A model generated the notes under the pieces. That model was not told the DNA's origin, did no database searches, and saw only the letters and a program-made list of their open reading frames with translations. Positions 20,187-32,654 of a DNA stretch of 64,000 bases are shown here, piece after piece. The translations under genes were made by a program, and so were the position numbers. The stretch's first letter is position 1. Each line of letters opens with the position of its first letter. The DNA comes from Mayamaea pseudoterrestris (Eukaryota): contig BROI01000014.1 in assembly GCA_027923505.1 (NCBI GenBank), positions 620,001-684,000 of the forward strand, in the 5' to 3' direction.

Positions 20187-22475
20187 ATGAATGTTCAACG
20201 TCGCAATGATGTGGCAATATACTGCCTCTCATCGGGTCCAACCTTGCCAGAATGGCTCGGCGAACGTGCTCGTCGTAACCTGTCGAAAAAGGATGAAAAC
20301 ATTCGACGACGAATCGAACTACTTCAAGACTTTCAAATGCCAGCCGCCAGCTCCAAGCTTGTGTCATCCAACGATGGACGCTACATTATAGCAGCAGGGA
20401 CGTATCCTCCACGCATCCGGTGCTACGACCTCCATGAGTTGACCATGAAGTTTGAACGATACTTAACAGCAAACGTTGTTGATCTATGCATGCTTGGCGA
20501 AGATTATGGCAAACTTGCCTTGCTTCAGGAAGATCGAACGATTGCCTTTCACGCCCCGTATGGTGCTCATGAATCGGTTAGGATACCAACATTTGGGAGA
20601 AACATGGCTTACGAACCTAATACCTGTGAACTGATTATCACTGCCAGAGGCAATAACTTGTATCGAATCAACTTGGAGGAGGGACGCTTTGCGGAACCAT
20701 GGTCGTACCAATCTGAAGCATCTAGTACTTGCATTTCCATCAGTTCTGCTCATCCTTTAGCTGCCGTTGGTAGTGAGGATGGCTTTGTACGCCTATGGGA
20801 TAGTCGAGCAAGCGATGGTGGTTTGCACCCCTTTATGAAGCTCGACGTGCAATCAGCAACCAGTAATTGCGGATACGCTGATGAGTACTGCAAGAATCCA
20901 ACCGAAATCACTTCCATTGCCCACGATCCTAGTGGCTTGTTCATGGCTGCTGGAACCGCTGGAGGTGTCGTGGCACTCTACGACGTGCGGACAAGTAAGC
21001 CGCTGTTTGTGCAGGAACACAAGCATGGTTTGCCAATTCACACTTGCAAGTTTCATCCCGGATCGGGCATGATTTTGAGTGGAGATGAAAAGCTTGTCAA
21101 GGCATGGCGGTACAAGTCAGCTGGCGACGTGGTTCGTAGCGAGAGATTCTCGGGAGATGCTAGCTCAGCGATTGGAGCCGTTCGCGTCAATGTTGAATCC
21201 ACTGGTGGGAAACTTTGCCATTTTATCGTGGCTGGTGACGAGACAGACCCACACGGAGAAAAGAGTGGCTTGCTACTGTGTGCGACCGATCAACCTAAGA
21301 TGGAATCTTACTACGTGCCGGCAGTTGGCACGGCGCCCAAGTGGTGTTCATTCCTTGAATCCATTACGGAAGAATTAGAGGAGCGTGATTTGGAGCGCGA
21401 AGGGGCTGATGGCGCAATTGTGCGTGATGGCCAAGAAACCGTCTTTGAGAATTACAAGTTTGTCAGTCGCGAAGATGTGGAGAAGTTGGGCATTTCAAAT
21501 CTCGTCGGAACGCCTTTGCTTCGGGGGTACATGCACGGGTTTTTCATGGACTCAAACCTTTACAATCGTGTCAAGGCGGTGGCCAACCCGTTCGAGTATG
21601 AAGAGTACCAAAAGAAAAAGCTGAAGGAACGTCTTGAAGCTAAGCGTTCAAGTCGTATTGCTCCACGTCAGTCTGATCATAAGAAGAAGTCGAGCGTAAA
21701 CGCTGAAATGGCTGAACGTTTGCAGAGCAAGGCAGAAGACTCAAAGAGTGGCAAGCATGCTCAAAAGCTTCTTGGAGATGATCGCTTCGGTAACTTGTTT
21801 ACAAATCCCGACTTTGAGATTGACCAAGCAGCCGACGACTTCAAGCTCCGTAACCCCAGTGGCATTGCAGCTGCGAAGCGCAAGAAGAACAACTTGGACA
21901 GCGATGACGAGGACGAGGGCAGCGATCGCAGTGTAGAGCATGGAACGTTAGAAAGTCACCAGAAAGCTACCGTTCAGTCAGACGACGACGATGGTCAGCA
22001 TGCTCTTACCGATGACGAAGGCTCTTCAAGCGATAGCGATGGTGATGGCTTTGGACGCGTGAGGGGCGAAGCTTATGAAGCAATGAAGGCGGCGAATAAG
22101 AAGAAGTCGACCGTCGACCGATCCAGGCAGAAGGATACGAGAAAACAAAGAAAAGTCAAGTTAATTGAAACAGATGCGATCGATGCCGATGGACTACACG
22201 TCGGCGTTGACAGCAAGGATGCGTCAACCATAATTAACCGCCGGTTAGACGACTTGAACATGCCGTTGGCCAAGCGGCTTGTGGATCAAGAAGAGTCTGA
22301 TAAACACATGCAGATCAAAGTCACAGGTGGGACGAAGGAAGCGAGGTACGTTCCAAAGTCTGATCGAAAAAAGTTTCGGAGCAACGACGATGGGCCCGAG
22401 GGGCGGCGTAAGCGCCGGGGAGTTCGAGAGCTGGGCTTTAAGACGCCATTTAAAAACAACAGGCCAACAAAATAG
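20187..22475 (+). CDS. NOL10: Nucleolar protein 10 / Enp2 (WD40, SSU processome)
   Basis: Motifs RIELLQDF, GTYPPRIRCYD, APKWCSFLESITEELEE, ANPFEYEEY and DDRFGNLFTNPDFEID (NUC153). Confidence 0.93.
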   Translation: MNVQRRNDVAIYCLSSGPTLPEWLGERARRNLSKKDENIRRRIELLQDFQMPAASSKLVSSNDGRYIIAAGTYPPRIRCYDLHELTMKFERYLTANVVDLCMLGEDYGKLALLQEDRTIAFHAPYGAHESVRIPTFGRNMAYEPNTCELIITARGNNLYRINLEEGRFAEPWSYQSEASSTCISISSAHPLAAVGSEDGFVRLWDSRASDGGLHPFMKLDVQSATSNCGYADEYCKNPTEITSIAHDPSGLFMAAGTAGGVVALYDVRTSKPLFVQEHKHGLPIHTCKFHPGSGMILSGDEKLVKAWRYKSAGDVVRSERFSGDASSAIGAVRVNVESTGGKLCHFIVAGDETDPHGEKSGLLLCATDQPKMESYYVPAVGTAPKWCSFLESITEELEERDLEREGADGAIVRDGQETVFENYKFVSREDVEKLGISNLVGTPLLRGYMHGFFMDSNLYNRVKAVANPFEYEEYQKKKLKERLEAKRSSRIAPRQSDHKKKSSVNAEMAERLQSKAEDSKSGKHAQKLLGDDRFGNLFTNPDFEIDQAADDFKLRNPSGIAAAKRKKNNLDSDDEDEGSDRSVEHGTLESHQKATVQSDDDDGQHALTDDEGSSSDSDGDGFGRVRGEAYEAMKAANKKKSTVDRSRQKDTRKQRKVKLIETDAIDADGLHVGVDSKDASTIINRRLDDLNMPLAKRLVDQEESDKHMQIKVTGGTKEARYVPKSDRKKFRSNDDGPEGRRKRRGVRELGFKTPFKNNRPTK

Positions 22476-22558
22476 TAAAACAATCATTTATTATGATCAC
22501 GTACGTTAGTTATACACTAAGCGAGAACAAATAAAAGGCAAATATTATAAGCATCGAC

Positions 22559-24169
22559 CTAAAATCCCGAAGAGGCATCCCTATATTGAACTGACAGGCC
22601 CGACGAGTCAATAGGAGCTGGCATTTGATTTTGATGAGTTTGGTTTGGCGGTGGGGGAGGCATCTGCGCTGGCTGTGGTGGTGGATACTGTCCCTGCGGC
22701 GTCGAAAGCTGCTGCTGTGATTGCGCGTGCCCACTGTAAGAAGGTCGATGAGGCGAGATCGAAGCTGCAACTGGCGGAGTATGAGAGTGGTTGTTCCCAT
22801 CCAACTGAACATTCTCCAACTGCGGAATTAAAGTAGCCCAAACCTGTTCCATTCGCTTATTGTATTCTACTTGCAAATTGATATAATCAAGGACGGTTCG
22901 CCTCATATCTTCCGCCTTTTCCCTACGAAACCTGTCAACCTCGCGAAGGACTCTTTGAGAAACCACCGCAAATTCATCGCGAGCCATCGCCTCGGCATCT
23001 TGGGCACGCCGAAGAGCCATCTCTGTCTGATACGCTTTAGCCTCTGATCCGATCTGCATGCGTAATTTGGCCAGTTGCATTTGCTTCGACTCAACATCAG
23101 ACACAGCAGTGCTGCACGTCAGTCGCTTTTCGTGGCGACGCTGCAAAGCCAACTTTACAGCATGAATAAGTTTAATGTAATCCTGTAGCGGCTCCTCGAA
23201 CTGTTGCATTTCCTTCTCCGCCTGCTCCGCGCTCAAAACACTTAGCTGATCGGCCGTATCACCCATTTTACGGAGCGCATCTCCCAAAGCATCCGCCTCG
23301 CTTTGGCCAAGCAAGTTGAATGCTAAACCAAATTCAAACATTCCATTCGCAATTTCCTTGCCCTTGCGTACAAGACCACTCGCTTGATGCGATACGGCCC
23401 GCATTTGCGCATCGAGTCCATGAATGTATCGAGCAATTTCTTCAAACAAGTCATCGTCAGGACTCTTGATCAAGTCACCCGTCATGCTTGTTTTTGCTTC
23501 GGCAAACCATCGCTTGATTCCATCCTTCTTGGGAGATGGAATGTTCATCATGAGTGGTTGCGACAATGTATTATCCACAAAAAAGGTTCCCTTAGCATTC
23601 TTGGCAACCTGAAAGCTAACATCATCGGCTCGCAGAAACGTATCCAAACTTGGAGCATCCGCCAGTTCCGGATGCACCGCAACTCGACGCAGAAACCGCT
23701 CCAGCTGCTGCCTTCGGTCCTCAACAAAGGCCGGACTAAAGCGTCCCACGGGCTGCTTGTCGGGAATGGGTGGAACAATGGCTCCGGCTCGTTCCGTGTG
23801 CAGACGCTCGTACAACCAGTAAAAGTCAGAGTAGCGACGCAAGACGGCCGAGTATGGCATGTCGCCCGAGGAATGGCGGACATCGACGCGGTAGCTAGTA
23901 TATGACTTTAATCCGTCGGTATGTTGGACTGGATCTGAAACCTGTTGATAAAATTCAATGGTGCGAAAGAACAACGAATGAGAATCGGTCGACAATACAT
24001 TGACGGTCGTCTCTCGCAGACAATCTCCCTCGACGATTAAACTTCTCTATGCATTCCGAAACTGCTTATATTCACTTACAGTAATGTGCATCGCCGCATC
24101 TTCCGCTCGTGTGCGACTACCGTGATGCGCCTCTGGCACCAGCGGAGGAGGTCCTCCAGTTGTCATCAT
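22559..24169 (-). CDS. Sorting nexin (PX-BAR, SNX1/Vps5-like); 2 exons (intron 24079-23942)
   Basis: Exon 1 (MMTTGG...MHIT) splices to VSDPV; PX motifs RRYSDF, PPIPDK and FVEDRR, followed by a BAR domain. Confidence 0.9.
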
Positions 24170-24510
24170 TATTTTCTGCTGCTTCTTTGCGACTCAAGTA
24201 GCGCTAAATTTAAAGGTGGCTTTTCCTTGGCACAGAGAAATCCGTAGTCTATGTTAGATGACCTGCTAAGGCAACTACAACGAGTCAGACACCAATCGGA
24301 GGACCGTTGGTTGGGTTTGTTGACAAGGGCGCGGCTGCTTTCGTCTTCGTCGTTCTGCGATCCATCCGCCGCGAAACGCTCACGACGTCACTTACGGATC
24401 AGGTTTTTCAATCGTGTTTCGTCGACTCGACGTTTTGGATTGTTTCAGCGAGATTGGCACTACAAGACTCGCGGGATCCATCACAATGGCAGCATACACC
24501 GATTTCCACC

Positions 24511-26235
24511 ATGATGAAATCCCTTTACACTCTCCTCTTGCTGCCAACAATTGTTGGAGGAGCCTCCGTCAGCGAACTTGACGATGCAATACTTCCCGAC
24601 CATGTCACAATCTGCGATGGCTCCAGTCCCGTCGGTTTGATCCAAGCCTATCTTCTCACCGAACCCCTAAAGTACTGCATGAATGATGGAGTCTGCAAAG
24701 ACGATTACGAATCACAGATGGAACCATGCGAATGTCCATCCGGCTTTGAAGGTCCCCACTGCGAGTTCATTGCCGGAACAATGCCAGAATGCACCATGAA
24801 GTGCTTCGCGGGAGGAATCTGCCAAACCGGCGCAAAGTCGTTTGAGCTACTTCAAAACAATTGGACAGCGCCAGAAGACTTTCAATACTGCCTCTGTCCC
24901 GATGAATTCCAGGGAGACCAGTGCGAGCGACAGGTCGAGACTTGTGATGGAAACAATCACTGCCTGCATGGCGGTACATGCACCTCCATTACCAGTCTGG
25001 ACGGCCAAGTCTCCAAGTATTGCGATTGCACAACGGCGGAGGATGGAGCTTATGCAGGCAAGTACTGCGACCACAAGGCAACCGTGTTTTGCGCCGAAGA
25101 TGATCCCAACGGACACGCCTTTTGTACCAACGGTGGAACCTGCAAGGGTGGCAGTGAACTAGGTTGCGACTGTCCCGACGGATTCATCGGACCCGTTTGC
25201 GAGTTCAAAAGTGAACAGCGCGCCTACAGCGAGTGCAAACTTGAGTGCTTCAACGGAGGAATATGTCGTAAGGGAGCCAAAGACATTAGTTACTTGGAAA
25301 AGTTTGGCTTTCACCGGCATTTGGCTGTGGAGCGATTCAACGAAGACTTTGAGCACTGTGTTTGTCCGAATGGACTAGTCGGACTGCAGTGCGAATACCA
25401 AATGGACGTTTGCCCGGGACGAGAGGTTGTTTGTATGCATGGTGGCGTGTGTCAGATAACGACGGACACGACAAAGGATGGATTTACGGCAATGTCATGC
25501 GATTGCTCCACCGCTGAGAAGGAGTACTTTCGATACACTGGCGAATACTGCGAAGTCAAATCAACCGAATTTTGTACTCTGGATGGACACAAGACGATGC
25601 GAGGAGAAAACTCTGATGCTTTCTGCACGCAAGGAGGCCAGTGTCGCGATTACGTTACAAACGGTGATCAGCATCCGGGATGTCATTGCCCCGATGGGAC
25701 AAGTGGAGATCACTGCGAGATTGGAAACCCGACTGTCATAAAGCAGAACAGCAACAGGAAACGTCTGCTTGGATTGCTACTCAGCTTGGGTTTGATCCTT
25801 GTCGTTATCCTTGTCATTGTCGTGCGCCACCGACGAAAGGGTGGCCTCGCGCTGTACCACCCGCATCGACGCAACCGCGGCAACATTGAACCGTTCAAAG
25901 ACTGTCCGCCGCCACCAACAATGGATCACATTAACAATATGGAAAATTCTTGGATGCGAAGTAGCAGGACGAATCGCAGTCACCATAGCGGGAATGAGGT
26001 GGAAGGCCACTTTCTTGACGATCAAGCTTCCGTTTCATCTCTGGGTCTGAGTGAGTCAATGTCTAACCAGTTTGGAGGAAGTGTCAATGAAGCTGAAATG
26101 TCCGTGCACGCAAGCGTGAGGGACCAAGCTGCATTTTCCAAAAGTCAAAATGGTAATGTGATTCTCATGAAACCGAAAGCAACCTCGTCCAACACTTCGT
26201 CTGGATACATTGCCCCAGCAAATGACATTATATAG
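24511..26235 (+). CDS. Multi-EGF-domain type I membrane protein
   Basis: Signal peptide, about nine EGF-like Cys repeats (CxNGGxC...CxC...GxxCE), TM helix LLGLLLSLGLILVVILVIVV and a basic stop-transfer. Confidence 0.85.
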   Translation: MMKSLYTLLLLPTIVGGASVSELDDAILPDHVTICDGSSPVGLIQAYLLTEPLKYCMNDGVCKDDYESQMEPCECPSGFEGPHCEFIAGTMPECTMKCFAGGICQTGAKSFELLQNNWTAPEDFQYCLCPDEFQGDQCERQVETCDGNNHCLHGGTCTSITSLDGQVSKYCDCTTAEDGAYAGKYCDHKATVFCAEDDPNGHAFCTNGGTCKGGSELGCDCPDGFIGPVCEFKSEQRAYSECKLECFNGGICRKGAKDISYLEKFGFHRHLAVERFNEDFEHCVCPNGLVGLQCEYQMDVCPGREVVCMHGGVCQITTDTTKDGFTAMSCDCSTAEKEYFRYTGEYCEVKSTEFCTLDGHKTMRGENSDAFCTQGGQCRDYVTNGDQHPGCHCPDGTSGDHCEIGNPTVIKQNSNRKRLLGLLLSLGLILVVILVIVVRHRRKGGLALYHPHRRNRGNIEPFKDCPPPPTMDHINNMENSWMRSSRTNRSHHSGNEVEGHFLDDQASVSSLGLSESMSNQFGGSVNEAEMSVHASVRDQAAFSKSQNGNVILMKPKATSSNTSSGYIAPANDII

Positions 26236-26572
26236 CCACTTAAATAGCTTTACATCTATGGATATCTCTTCTTCGCAATGACTATTACGTACTACTTGCC
26301 GTACCCGAAAGCCATCGGCCCGAGCACAGTAGCTAACCCAATTACTCACGAGCGCGCTAATTTAACTTTTCGAGTTCAACAATGTACTTCTGCTCGCGCG
26401 AAAACTGCCGACGCGCGCCTTGGAGCAGCGAAGGGGAACCTCCGAATCGGCAACCGCGAGAGTCGCACAAATTCTTCGGCCATTCCTGTTCAGTCGGTCA
26501 GCCATTGCCCACTGCTCATTGCACATCCCGTGAGCATACTCCCGCACTCCTGCTAACAATCAACTCATTACA

Positions 26573-28011
26573 ATGATGAATCTAATCCACAAGAAGACTT
26601 TTGCCACGATAATTGCCTTGTCGATTGCCTCCCTGTCCATGCTGCCGACCATTTCCGCGCAAACAGTCGACTGCGGTGACGGTCGTTGCTTCAATGGCGG
26701 TACCTGCCTCACCCAAGACGTGAATGGCGCTACTGAATATCATTGCGATTGCAGTGCCACATATGGAACTAACGTTGCCTACGCCGGTCGCTACTGTCAG
26801 TACAAGGCGACGGTCTTTTGTCCCACCAACGACGGGGCAAACGTCAATCTCTTTTGCGTCAACGACGGAACCTGCAAGTCGGATCCATACGAAGGCTGCA
26901 ACTGCAATGACCCGTACACTGGTTTCGTCTGCGAGAAGAAGATTCCGGAGAGTCAGTCGGGCAATGATGATGGAAACTACGACACTGTTTCGGGAAAGTG
27001 GCCCGATCCAGTCGACCCCACCGACGACAATGTCGCGACGGCTCCAGCGCAATCTCCTAGTAAGACTGAAGCGACGGGACAGTCGAGCATCATTGGTGAC
27101 TTGGTTTACCAGAACCATAATGACGGCGACGGAAGCAGCGGTAACTCCAATTTGGAAGAGGTTCAGGAGGGTGGCTACATTGGCAAGGTTATTTACAACA
27201 ACAAGGATTATCTCCCGGACAATAACCAAGACGACGACGTCATCAAGGAAACAACCATGCCTCCCGTCAATGACATTGACATTTGCACGACGAATGGATC
27301 GACGCTGGATGCGACGCCACTTTCCTTTTGCGTCAATGGAGGAACTTGCATGCGCAAAGTCACGACACTGCAGGGGTACGTTTCTGTTATGTGTACGACT
27401 TTATGCTGGCTTGCGGGCCGTTTGCAGGATAGGATGTGCACATGCGCAATCATGCACGTTAACACTTGCATTGTCTCACATATCACCTTTCTATCTACAG
27501 TCACGCCGGCTGCGAATGTCCCGATGTGTGGACGGGCCCACACTGCGAAATCAGCATTGCCATTATAGAAGCGGCGGAAGCAGGCGCGGGACCTTCAGTT
27601 GGAAAGTCGTTTGGCGTTGCAGTCATTGTCTTGGCTACACTTGCGATAACTGCTTTGATAGCATTCGGGACAGTGATGTATTGCAAGAGTCGCAAGCGTC
27701 GTCGGTCAACAAAGACCAATGCTCGCCTTCGTTGGGGTGGACCGGCTGCTTACAGTGACGATAATTCCGACATCAACTTGGCGCCCCGCCAACAGTCCTT
27801 TTACGAGGGAGATTATCCAGCCAGTACGCACGTTTCGTCGACCCGAGACCCCATGGCGCAGTTTGGACAGTCGCATGCTGCGGCGGCGGCTTCCATGCAT
27901 CAAGGCTCGGTGGACGATGGAAGCGCGCGGTCGGAAGCAGAGCCGCAGATTTACATTGGACCGCCTCGCGATGAAGATGGTCATGTGTTGCACAGTGTCG
28001 AAATTCTTTAG
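26573..28011 (+). CDS. EGF-domain type I membrane protein; 2 exons (intron 27376-27500)
   Basis: Signal peptide and three EGF-like modules; the splice gives ...LQG|HAGCECPDVWTGPHCEI, then a TM helix and a basic cytosolic segment. Confidence 0.85.
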
Positions 28012-28413
28012 AGTGGTTGAAGGGCTGACAGCTGAGCAGTGTTGTGGGCGCACTGTGCACCGAGCGATGGTTCCAGAGTTGCGACTAGATATTTGCATAG
28101 ATATAAATGTTTGAGACAATGACTTATAAACGAAAGTATTACATATTCTATTAGTACGGCGACTGTAGGTTTGGTTTGACCATGTCAAAGCTTTGGAAGC
28201 GGTTCGATGTAAACATCTACCATTACGCAGTATGCTCCAACCTTACAAAGACTTTCACCTAGCTGGCTTTATCATCAACAGTACCTGCTGTAACTACAAA
28301 TGTGATGCGTAAAACGCGAGCCAAATAATCATTGTAACAAAAAATTCGACTGCTACTTAAATCCTGTGTCACATGCGCTAGTAGAGTACGTAGCCTCGAC
28401 CAACACCGGATCG

Positions 28414-30036
28414 TTAAACAAAATACTCTCCATTGATATTGCGAGCATAACCTATTCCAGCTGTAATTATATAAAATGAGTTGGATGAGACAAGTGAGCA
28501 AGTGGGGAGCAAAAGAGCACAATATCTTCTCAAGCTAAGCACTTGAAGACTTACGCGTCCCGAAGAGAATTCTCGAGCTCAATACACCGTCGATCATGGT
28601 CATGTTCCGTTGCAAATCCTTCAAGCACATTGCCTTTCCATCTTCATGCTTTGCTGGGTCAATGTCGATCACGTTGTAGGCAATGTTTCCGCGACTCTGG
28701 TTGATCTGCTGAGCAATATTGACGCCGGCAACAGCGCAGCAATCTGTAATCTTTGACAATACTCCAGGAATATTCTTGTTGACGACAGTCAGCCGGATAT
28801 GCGCCTCTTCTCGCTCTGGCATGCTGACATTAGGAAAGTTCACAGAGTTGCGAATCGTTCCGTGCTCAATGTATTGGCGAATCGTTTCTGCGGCCATGGC
28901 AGCCGCTTCGTCTTCGGCCTCTTCTGTAGAGGCACCAAGGTGTGGAAGAACAATGGACTTTTCGTGGTCCCACAAAATGTCATCCGGAAAGTCCGTCACG
29001 TACCGGCAAGTGCTTCCAGTGTCAAGGTAGTCCTTCATGGCGGCCGAGTCGACCAATTCACCACGGGCAAAGTTTAACAAGACGGCATCCTGCTTGAAAT
29101 GAGCAATCACATCGGCGCCAATGATTCCATGCGTGCCTCCTTCGTCCATGGTTCCTTTAATGTAGGGAATGTTTAAACTAATGTAATCCGCAGTCGCCAC
29201 GGCCGAAGCAATCGAGTCCGTCAAGATGGTTTCACGCGGAAGCTTCAACGCCGACTGTACCGAGAGACCCGGGTCATAGCCCTGCACTTTCATGCCAAGA
29301 GCGGATGCATCTCTTGCTGTTGCAGCTCCAATGTGTCCCAATCCAATGACGGCTAGCGTCTTGCCCTTGATTTCGCGACCGCCAAACATTGCCTTGTCCT
29401 TTTCAACACGCTCCTTGGCCAAGCCTTGCGACCCCAGCACTTTCATATGGTTGATTCCATCAACCACTCGTCTACTTCCAAGCAGCATGCCGCAAAGAAT
29501 CAACTCCTTGACAGCATTCGCATTCGCACCAGGTGTATTGAAGACTGGGATACCAAGTTCCGTCATGCGTGCCACTGGAACATTGTTGGTTCCAGCTCCG
29601 CATCGCGCAATGGCTCGCACCGAAACGTCCACCTCTGACTCTTGGAGCTTGTGCGACCGCAGCAGCAAGGCATGGGCAGGGCCAGCCGCGTCGGAAGCGG
29701 CGCTCACAGCGTAGAGTGTTTCGGGGAATCGAGCTAAGCCAACTGGCGAGATTTTGTTGAAGGTTTGGATGGCGTACTTTCCCGGTTTAATGTAGTCTAA
29801 AGAAATGATTGACGTAGTTTTAGAAACATTGCAATGCCTTCGCTCTTATCTGAATTCTTTATCGTCAGTATTCACTCACCTTGAATGTCCGTCACGTTCC
29901 AGCCCGATGTGTAATGGTCGACGTCGCAAGGAATTGGGCTCCAGCCTTCCGACAGGGAACTCATGCCCCGATAGGACGCACAGCGAAGGGCCGTCCTGGC
30001 CGACTGTCGCGAAAGGCTAGCCATCAAGAGACTCAT
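28414..30036 (-). CDS. serA: D-3-phosphoglycerate dehydrogenase, paralog A; 3 exons (introns 29879-29797 and 28554-28461)
   Basis: Motifs FNKISPVGLARF, AIARCGAGTNN, GLGHIG, NFARG and PHLGAST plus an ACT domain. The spliced end FGTPGIGYARNINGEYFV* matches paralog B. Mitochondrial-like presequence. Confidence 0.9.
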
Positions 30037-30142
30037 GTTGATGGTGTCTGTAATACAATGGCGACGCTGCGAGTGGAAGATTCGTCGGCAAGTGTGATGG
30101 GCGCGCCTCTTTGGATGGCCGGAACGCTTTGTCGCTGCGCGT

Positions 30143-30165
30143 CACGTGCTTCCTCATGACGTCAT
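30143..30165. promoter_or_regulatory. Candidate bZIP/bHLH sites in the bidirectional PGDH promoter
   Basis: CACGTG at 30143-30148 and the perfect palindrome ATGACGTCAT at 30156-30165. Confidence 0.35.
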
Positions 30166-30373
30166 TCAACGCATTTTCATTGGCTCGATTCAAAAACGTG
30201 CGGCGCGTCATGTTCGCGTGACCAATCGAATCGTGGATCGTTTCCTTCCTTCCCGACCATCAAACTGGAACGTTCCGACGACGCTGCGGCATGAGTCAAG
30301 CAAGGACGACGAAGGTGCAGCATTGAGCCATAATTTACTGGTACATAGCAACAGAGACAAATTGACAAGCATC

Positions 30374-31903
30374 ATGTTGACGTCTCGTCCATTCGCCAAG
30401 CTCGCACGCTCCTCGGCCGGACGGACTGCATGCCTTTCATCGCACCGCTCCTTCTCCTCCATTGAGGTGGAACGCATTGAAGTCGAGCATGGCCGCGGGC
30501 AATGGAAAACCTACGGCGACGTTTCCAACTACACCCCCGGCAAGTACCAAGTCAAGACTTTCAACAAGATTAGTCCACTTGGATTGGCTAGGTTTCCGAC
30601 GGAGAAATACGAGATTCGTACCGACAAGCAGGAGGCGAGAAATGCGCATGCCATTATGCTGCGGTCGCACAAGTTGCAGGAGGACGAAGTGCCTCATACG
30701 GTGCGAGCGATTGCCAGGTACGAATAGCAATGATGAAGCTTGGATTGAGACTTGTGTGTGCAGCTGTGGATACAGCCACTTACCGAATCCTTATGTAATT
30801 CATTTCATGACAGATGCGGTGCAGGAACCAACAACATTCCAGTTGCTCGAATGACGGAACTTGGCATTCCAGTATTCAACACACCAGGAGCTAACGCCAA
30901 CGCTGTCAAGGAGCTTGTCTTGTGTGGCATGCTTCTGGGGAGTCGCCGTGTTGTGGACGGCATTAACCACATGGAAGAGCTGGGCAAGGCTGGAACGGCC
31001 AAGGAACGTGTCGAAAAGGACAAGGCCATGTTTGGTGGAAGGGAAATCGCTGGCAAAACATTAGCGGTTATTGGCTTGGGGCATATTGGAGCTGCCACGG
31101 CTCGGGATGCGTTTGCGCTTGGCATGAAGGTCAAGGGATATGACCCCGGCCTCAGTGTCAAATCCGCCCTTCAGCTGCCAAAGGACTTGGAGCTGTCGTC
31201 GTCCATTGTCGCTGCAGTCAAGGATGCCGATTACATTAGTATCAATATTCCATACATCAAGGGAGAGGGTGGAACACATGGTATCATTGGCGCTGATGTC
31301 ATTTCACACTTTAAATCGGATGCCGTCTTGCTAAATTTTGCACGTGGCGAGCTTGTGGATTCTGCGGCCATGAAGGACTTTTTAGACTCGTCTGCGGCAG
31401 GCCGATACGTTTCCGATTTCCCAGATGATTTGCTTTGGGACCATGCCAACGCAGTCATCCTGCCTCACTTAGGTGCATCGACCGAGGAAGCGGAAGATTC
31501 GGCTGCGGCCATGGCGGCAGATACAATCCGAGCCTTTCTGCAAACTGGAACAATCAAGAACTCTGTCAATTTCCCCGATACTGAGCTTGGACAGCTCACT
31601 ACTGGAACAACGGTGCGGTTTACCATTGTTAACAAGAACATCCCTGGTATGCTTTCCAAGATAACGGAGAAGTTTGCTGCAGAAGGCCTCAACATTCTGC
31701 AGCAGGTGAATCACTCTCGGGGCGACATTGCTTACAACGTTGTAGACATTGATACCTCGACACAAGACGATGTTCGCAGTTTCAAGTCTATACAAGAGAA
31801 GATCACCATGCTGGAAGGTGTTCTCAGCAGTCGCGTCATCTTTGGCAAACTTCCGCCAGGCACAGGCTACGCAAAGAACTTGGATGGAGAATACTTTGTA
31901 TAG
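30374..31903 (+). CDS. serA: D-3-phosphoglycerate dehydrogenase, paralog B; 2 exons (intron 30718-30813)
   Basis: Same motif set as paralog A; the splice restores AIAR|CGAGTNN; presequence MLTSRPFAKLARSS...HRSFS. Confidence 0.92.
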
Positions 31904-32078
31904 GTAACTGCTAACTGCAATCAAGTATAGAAATAAAGAATCCAAAAAATCTAGCTGTGCACTTCTGTAGTTCTACCGGTAGCATGGCAGAGAGCTACAA
32001 CAAGAATAAGCATTAGGTCGGTGTCGCTAAAGTGTTGTGTATTTATTTTATTAAATTCGTTGCAGCTAAAAGAGCAAT

Positions 32079-32654
32079 TTACTTCTTCTTGCCACCGCCA
32101 ATCTTGAATGCCTCTGGAAGCTTGTTGTCCTCAATCCGGGCTCCAGAGTAGTCGTACTTGGTCTTCGCCATGCGGTGTCCGAGATTGGGTGCCTTGAGCC
32201 AGCTTCCGCCCTCGCTGGTTCCTCGCTTCAAGTAGAACTGTGTAAAATCCTCGAATTTAAATGCCTTCTTGACATTCTTTTGGTAGTTCTCCGACTTCTT
32301 CTTTTCGTCTTGTGCCCGGACCTTTGCGTACTCGGCAGCACTCAAGCCAGCTGGGATGTACGACTTGGTGCCGATGGCTCCAGTCTTGATGTTCTTGCCA
32401 CTGCGAGCACCATATGTGTTCTGGTCCTTCTTAGGAGTCCAGAGATCCATGTTTGCAATCTGTAATACGAAGAAAGCAAGTGTAAGTCTTGGTCGAGGTT
32501 CAACTTGGGAAACTACCTACATGAATGAAAGCATCAAGGCGCAACGTACGTCGTCGAAAAGGGCATTCATCGCAGTGCTCTGCTTCGGCTGGGCGGCCGG
32601 AGCGAAAGCGGAGGCAACTGATAGGGAAGCGACGAGGACGGCGGCGAACTTCAT
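32079..32654 (-). CDS. Small Lys-rich plastid-targeted protein of unknown function; 2 exons (intron 32549-32460)
   Basis: MKFAAVLVASLSVASA-FAP is a canonical ASAFAP presequence; in-frame splice ALFDD|IANMDLW. Confidence 0.85.

Noticed and set aside
26724..27758. 344-aa alternative-frame ORF overlapping the EGF gene
   Set aside because: Its Thr/Arg/Ser-rich composition is typical of an off-frame shadow of biased codons, and it has no recognisable domain.
28535..29707. Truncated or pseudogenised PGDH copy
   Set aside because: Canonical introns restore both the N-terminus and the GEYFV C-terminus.
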